DNA from: Candidatus Saccharimonadota bacterium
GTDB taxonomy: Bacteria; Patescibacteriota; Gracilibacteria; BD1-5; UBA2023
DNA length: 32,000 nucleotides
Reading direction: 5' to 3'
NCBI GenBank assembly: GCA_042852035.1
Contig: BAAFHK010000001.1
Location: 360,001-392,000, forward strand
Both the position numbers and the translations under genes were made by a program. The notes under the pieces are model-generated. The model searched no databases. It was given only the letters and a program-made list of their open reading frames with translations, and had not been told where the DNA came from. Below are positions 27,637-32,000 of this stretch, one piece after another. The stretch's first letter is position 1. Each line of letters begins with the position of its first letter.

Positions 27637-28380
27637 ATGTTTCAAAATTTTGATTTCGACTACTGGCATATAAAAATTCTCTATGATCTATCAGGATATA
27701 TTGTAGCATTTTTGGTAACATGGATATTTTCGAAATATATCCTTCGGAAACATGAGGTTCCAGATGTATTTTCTTCAGAAGAAGAGAAGAGTGAATATAT
27801 GATTTTTACGATTGCTGGAGCAATGTTTTTTGGCGTGCTTATTTCTACATTTGATGGAGCGATGATCCCCGGGAGAAATCCAACTGAAGGAATTCTTCTT
27901 TCCAAATCTATCGCAGGAGCACTCTTTGGTGGAGTTATCACGGCAGAACTTTATAAATACTATCATAAAATTACCCAACCGACTGGGATTCTTTTTCTTC
28001 CTGGTATCGTGCTCGGCCTCTGAGTATGAAGGATTGGGGCTATAGTTACTGGTATACGAGACTTTACCTATGGACTCCCGACGAATCTTCCATGGGGGAT
28101 GGATTTTGGGGATGGGGTACTCAGGCATCCGACGATGATCTACGAGATGATACTCCTTATGGTATTCTTTACAGTTTTTCTTTTATGACTATACTCTTTT
28201 TCGAGAAAATGGTGGATACAAAGAGGGTTTTATGTGTTTATTCTTGTTTATTTTTTGTATCGTTTTTTGGTTGGATTTATCCAGCCGTATAGTCATTTTT
28301 GGTTCGGACTTTCGACGTATCAAGTGATAGCAATACCTATGATTCTCTACGGACTTTATATGTTGCGAAAAAAATTCTAA
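27637..28380 (+). CDS. lgt: prolipoprotein diacylglyceryl transferase (Lgt) family protein
   Basis: Track ORF 27637-28023 continues through TGA 28021, 28027 and 28186 to TAA 28378-28380 (247 aa). Polytopic membrane protein with Lgt-like motifs: G[TGA]V[TGA]RIGAIVTG, LPWGMDFGDGVLRHPTMIYE, YFLYRFLVGFIQPY. Confidence 0.72.
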
Positions 28381-28390
28381 TACTTCCTTT

Positions 28391-28699
28391 ATGTCTCTCA
28401 GAAACATTCTCTGGAAAACAGCCGCTGTTATTGTTATCACTCTCTGATGAGCTGCTATAACTTGTGGAGGGAATTTGATGATAGGTGCAAAATTCTTTTT
28501 TGATATATTCGGAGACTTTCTCTATGTCATATGGTTTATAGAGATATTCGCCATTTTTATATGGAGCGTGCGGAGATTTTTCTTTCAAACCCAAAACTGG
28601 TCAGATCAGCCGACGTATTTAAAGTGGCTTATTTTTTTGATTCCTCTTTTTGGAGGGATATTTATTTTTTATTTCCTGATGGTGATTTCAGGTATTTAA
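28391..28699 (+). CDS. small membrane protein
   Basis: ATG 28391 lies 10 nt after the lgt-family stop, in frame with track ORF 28475-28699 across two TGA (102 aa). The N-terminus MSLRNILWKTAAVIVITLGGAAITCGG resembles a signal or lipoprotein-type peptide. Two or three TM segments follow. Confidence 0.5.
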
Positions 28700-28711
28700 T
28701 TATTTTTCTCT

Positions 28712-29431
28712 ATGTCAGACATGAAATCTTCTTCAGCAGATGAGATCGAATCTATTCTTGCAAAAACTGATATTACAGGGGTAAAATCCGTTTATTTTTC
28801 TCTAAATAATGGAGAAGGATTCCGCGTTACATCGGAAAAAGTAATCAAACTTTCTCGCTATATTGCTGATTCTCTTGGGAAAACAAAGTTTGAACCCAAT
28901 GAACTTAGTACTGCTTTTAAATTTCTTGTAAAGAATATAAAAAGTAACTTTGACCCAGAAGAAAGAAAAACCCTGACGAATTCTATTGAAGAATTTATAG
29001 AGAACTGAGGAGAAATACGATTTGAATACAAGGAATTTTTAGAATTTTCCGCTATTGAACAACCAAATCAATCTCACGAATGAAGAGAAAAAAATGAAGA
29101 TGCTCACTCAAATGATCGCATAACCTTTAAGCGACTACTTTTATCAGTGCTCATATTACATCCCATTTCAGGGGCGGTCGGATATACACTCTTTCTTCTT
29201 ATCGTATTTCTGTCGGATTCTATCTCTCCTGAAATTGGTAGGAATTGCATTTTTGCTTGTCCGATTCTTGCGATATGGGGAATTATTACGATAGCTCTCT
29301 GATATTTTTTCTGGAAACAAGTACTTGGGATGAGTACTAAAAAACTCATTCTTATCTACTTTCTTTCCCTCCTAATTATCTTCTCGGTGGCTCTTGTTAT
29401 TTGCTGAGGACTTCTACTTATTCTTTCATAA
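28712..29431 (+). CDS. membrane protein with a soluble N-terminal domain
   Basis: Track ORF 28712-29008 continues through TGA 29006, 29081, 29300 and 29405 to TAA 29429-29431 (239 aa). The C-terminal half holds three or four TM segments (LLLSVLILHPISGAVGYTLFLLIVFL, ACPILAIWGIITIALGYFF, LILIYFLSLLIIFSVALVICGGLLLIL). Confidence 0.58.
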
Positions 29432-29436
29432 AAACT

Positions 29437-30864
29437 ATGACTCGATATTCCCTAGAGTATGATCTTTTTCTCGGTGTCACGGAGTCATTTTGTCATCTTT
29501 GCAATAATAAAGAAAAACTTATTCCAGCACATATTGTCACGAAAGGAGAGAGTGTACTTTTGCGAAAATTTTGTAACAAATGTGGTGAATCCTTCGCAAC
29601 GGTTTCGACAGATTTCGACTACTATAAAAAATGTAATGAATATCTAAAGAAGCCGGATCTTCCAGAAATAGCTCTAACTCCAATACTTCGGGGTTGTCCT
29701 TTTGATTGCGGAGTTTGTCCGCAACATCAGAATCATCCCTGTCTTGCGCTTTTCAATATCAATGATGAATGCAACATGAAATGCAATATCTGTTATCATT
29801 CTTCAGAGCCAGGAAGTGGGAATTTTAGAAGTATCGATGAAATAAAGAAAATGCACGAGACACTTCTTCAGGTAGAGTCGACCCCCGATCTTATCCAGGT
29901 TACGGGAGGGGAGCCATCGATTCATCCAGATATTATTGAAATTTTGAAGTACCTAAAATCCTGACCCGTTCGACACCTTATGCTCAACACAAACGGAATT
30001 CGTATATCACATGATGAGGATTTTGTAAAAGAACTTAAAGATATTGGAAAGGGGTTTGAGGTCTATCTGCAATTCGATTCACTCAATCCAGAGGCCCTAA
30101 ATAGTATACGAAATGCTGATATGACGAAAGTTCGACAGAAGGCACTTGAAATGCTTGAAAAATATCATATCTCAACGACATTGGTTTGCGTGATTGAAAA
30201 GGGGGTCAATGATGAGGAAATTCCAAAACTTATAGAACATGCAAAGTCATGGAAGTGTGTACGGGGGATAGTTTTTCAGCCGATACAAAATGTTTGAAGA
30301 AATGCCATTGAAGATCATGACTACCGAATCACGCTCTCGGAAATCCGTAATATTATAGTGAAAGATGAATCAAATCCATTTGCTGAGGATGATATGATTC
30401 CTCTCCCATGTGATCCGCATAAAATTTGTGTCGGATACGCGATCAAGAATGGAAAAGATATCCTTCCGGTAACTGGAAAAATTCCAAGAGAAATGATTAC
30501 TGAACAGAAGGGGACAATTGCTTTTGAACAGGACAAAGAGTTTATCAAAACAGTAGTTCATGCTGTAACACTAGATACGGCTCTCGGTGAAAATATTATC
30601 AATAAAGAAAGCGTAAAACGTAAGCTTTTCTGTTGTTGGCCAGAATTTATTGCCCCAGAAGATATGACCTACGAGAGAGTATTTCGTATCGTTATCATGG
30701 AGTTCACCGATATTTATAATTTCGACAGCACCAATATTAAGCGAGAATGTAACTTTATGATCGAGCCCGGTAAGGTAATACCATTTTCTACTTACAATAT
30801 GGGACTTTCTCGTAGTTCAGAAAAGCCAAATCTAAGAGAAAAACTCGAAGCATGGAAAAAATAG
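29437..30864 (+). CDS. radical SAM enzyme, COG1964-type (GDGT-MAS / tetraether lipid synthase Tes-like architecture)
   Basis: ATG 29437 lies 5 nt after the upstream stop. Three track ORFs (29401, 29980, 30358) share one frame and join across TGA 29962 and 30295. Stop is TAG 30862-30864 (475 aa). Order of elements: an N-terminal CxxC...CxxC pair (CHLCNN...CNKCG), a second Cys cluster (GCPFDCGVCPQHQNHPC), the radical SAM CxxxCxxC (ECNMKCNICY), then QVTGGEPSIHP, MLNTNGIRI and VFQPIQNVG. Confidence 0.8.
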
Positions 30865-30885
30865 GCTCATTTTTTTAGTATTCAT

Positions 30886-31413
30886 ATGTTTCACTCGACC
30901 ATCAAGCGAACAAAGCGTCGCACTCTTGCACTTCAGATAGATCATGAAGGAAATCTTATTATCCGTGCTCCGAACCGTATGCCCATGAGTCTTATCGAGG
31001 AATTTATAGCACAAAAAATAGACTGGATAAAAAAACATCAAAAGAGGATACAAGAAAAAAATAGTCTGCAACCACAAAAAACTTACAATAAAAATGAGTT
31101 CTTAACCGCTAAAAAAGAATTACAAGACTATCTTCTTCTAAGAGTACGAATGCTCTGGGAAAACACTAAACTTCCCCCCTATACTTCACTCAAAGTAACT
31201 CATTCGAATAAAAGATGGTGAAGTTGTAGCGGGAAGAATGGACTTTGTTTTTCTTATAGGCTTCACCAGTATATCGATGAAGATCCGAAGATTATCGATG
31301 CAATCATATACCATGAGCTTGCTCATCTAAAAGAGAAAAATCATGGAAAAAAATTTTGGGATATTGTTTTTTTCCTCGAGCCCAACTATAGAGATATCAT
31401 GAAAAGACTTTAA
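30886..31413 (+). CDS. YgjP/DUF45-type (M48-like) zinc metallopeptidase
   Basis: Track ORF 30886-31221 continues through TGA 31219-31221 to TAA 31411-31413 (175 aa). KRW[TGA=G]SCS matches the family RWGSC motif. The HExxH site is IIYHELAHLKEKNHGKKFW. Confidence 0.85.
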
Positions 31414-31419
31414 TTTTTA

Positions 31420-32000
31420 TTAGACAATATTTCCTATTTCTTCAGAAACTTTATTATCCGAATACCCATCAACAATATATGTTTTAATCGGTTTCTGCCT
31501 TCCTTTTATAGACTCTTCGGAAAGGAAGTGAATCCCAAAACTATCAAGTTTTTCGATCCCATTGTAGGTTGTTTCACTGATAATAATGCGAGCATTATAG
31601 GTTCGAGTAAGTTTTTCAAGTGCAGCAGTGATATTCACGGCTTGTCATATCACCGTAGCCTCCATGCGATCTTCAGTACCAACAGTTCAGAGAGTTACTC
31701 TTCATCGATTGATTCCGATGCCGACATGAATTTCCTTTCAGAGAGTATTTTGTTGAAATGTTTTTATATATTCTTGTATTTCAATAGCAGCAGAGAGAGA
31801 TGCATCGGTATTTTTTCCATCAAATATAGCAAGTATCCCATCACCGAGATATTTATCGATGTACCCCCCATACTTTGTTATACACTCACCGATACCATCG
31901 AAATAGATATTGAGAAGCAAGAGGGTTCTATAAGGATCATGGATCTCTTCGCACATAGTAGAGAATCACTTTATATCAAGAAACATTATAGTGTATTCTT
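31420..32000 (-). CDS. class III adenylate/guanylate cyclase domain protein, 5'-truncated at the window edge
   Basis: Stop is TAA 31420-31422. Track ORFs 31420-31638 and 31738-31956 join across four TGA. The frame remains open to position 32000. Motifs: MFLDIKGFST, KYLGDGILAIFDG, VGIGINRG[TGA]RVTLG[TGA]TVGTEDRMEATVIG[TGA]QAVNITAALE. Confidence 0.85.

Overview
This window comes from a low-GC bacterium that reads TGA as a sense codon, almost certainly glycine. That is translation table 25, used by the Gracilibacteria/Absconditabacteria (SR1) lineages of the CPR/Patescibacteria. In rpoB, rpoC, tgt, ybeY, an M48 peptidase and a class III cyclase, in-frame TGAs sit where these families carry conserved Gly. 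Trp is still encoded by TGG. The supplied standard-code ORF track is therefore fragmented, and I re-derived the genes by hand with TGA=Gly.

Gene order:
- A 5'-truncated hypothetical ORF (+), then tgt (+).
- Two large secreted or surface repeat proteins (-).
- rpoB and rpoC (+) with a clean terminator.
- A membrane-anchored Kazal-like protein (+) and an acyltransferase-3 protein (+).
- tRNA-Phe(GAA) (-).
- A tightly packed minus-strand operon: DUF4012, vWA (BatA-like), TPR, yidD, murB, ybeY, hypothetical.
- A divergent T4SS-pilin-like small protein (+).
- A compositionally mosaic accessory stretch at about 22.0-25.9 kb. It holds a lipoprotein-like ORF with no stop codon, a DUF2130 PD-(D/E)xK-like protein, a very AT-rich AlbA_2/Schlafen-like protein and a GC-rich TGA-free MarR.
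- A multi-pass membrane protein and a small hypothetical.
- An operon of an Lgt-family transferase, two membrane proteins and a COG1964 (GDGT-MAS/Tes-like) radical SAM enzyme.
- A YgjP/DUF45 metallopeptidase (+) and a 5'-truncated class III nucleotidyl cyclase (-).

I saw no CRISPR array, rRNA or recognisable transposase.

Most notable:
- The recoding itself.
- The Tes-like radical SAM / Lgt-family membrane operon.
- The mosaic island, with a gene boundary that has no table-25 stop codon.
- A TGA-free GC-rich MarR that looks imported across the genetic-code barrier.

All family assignments rest on motifs read by eye, not on database searches.
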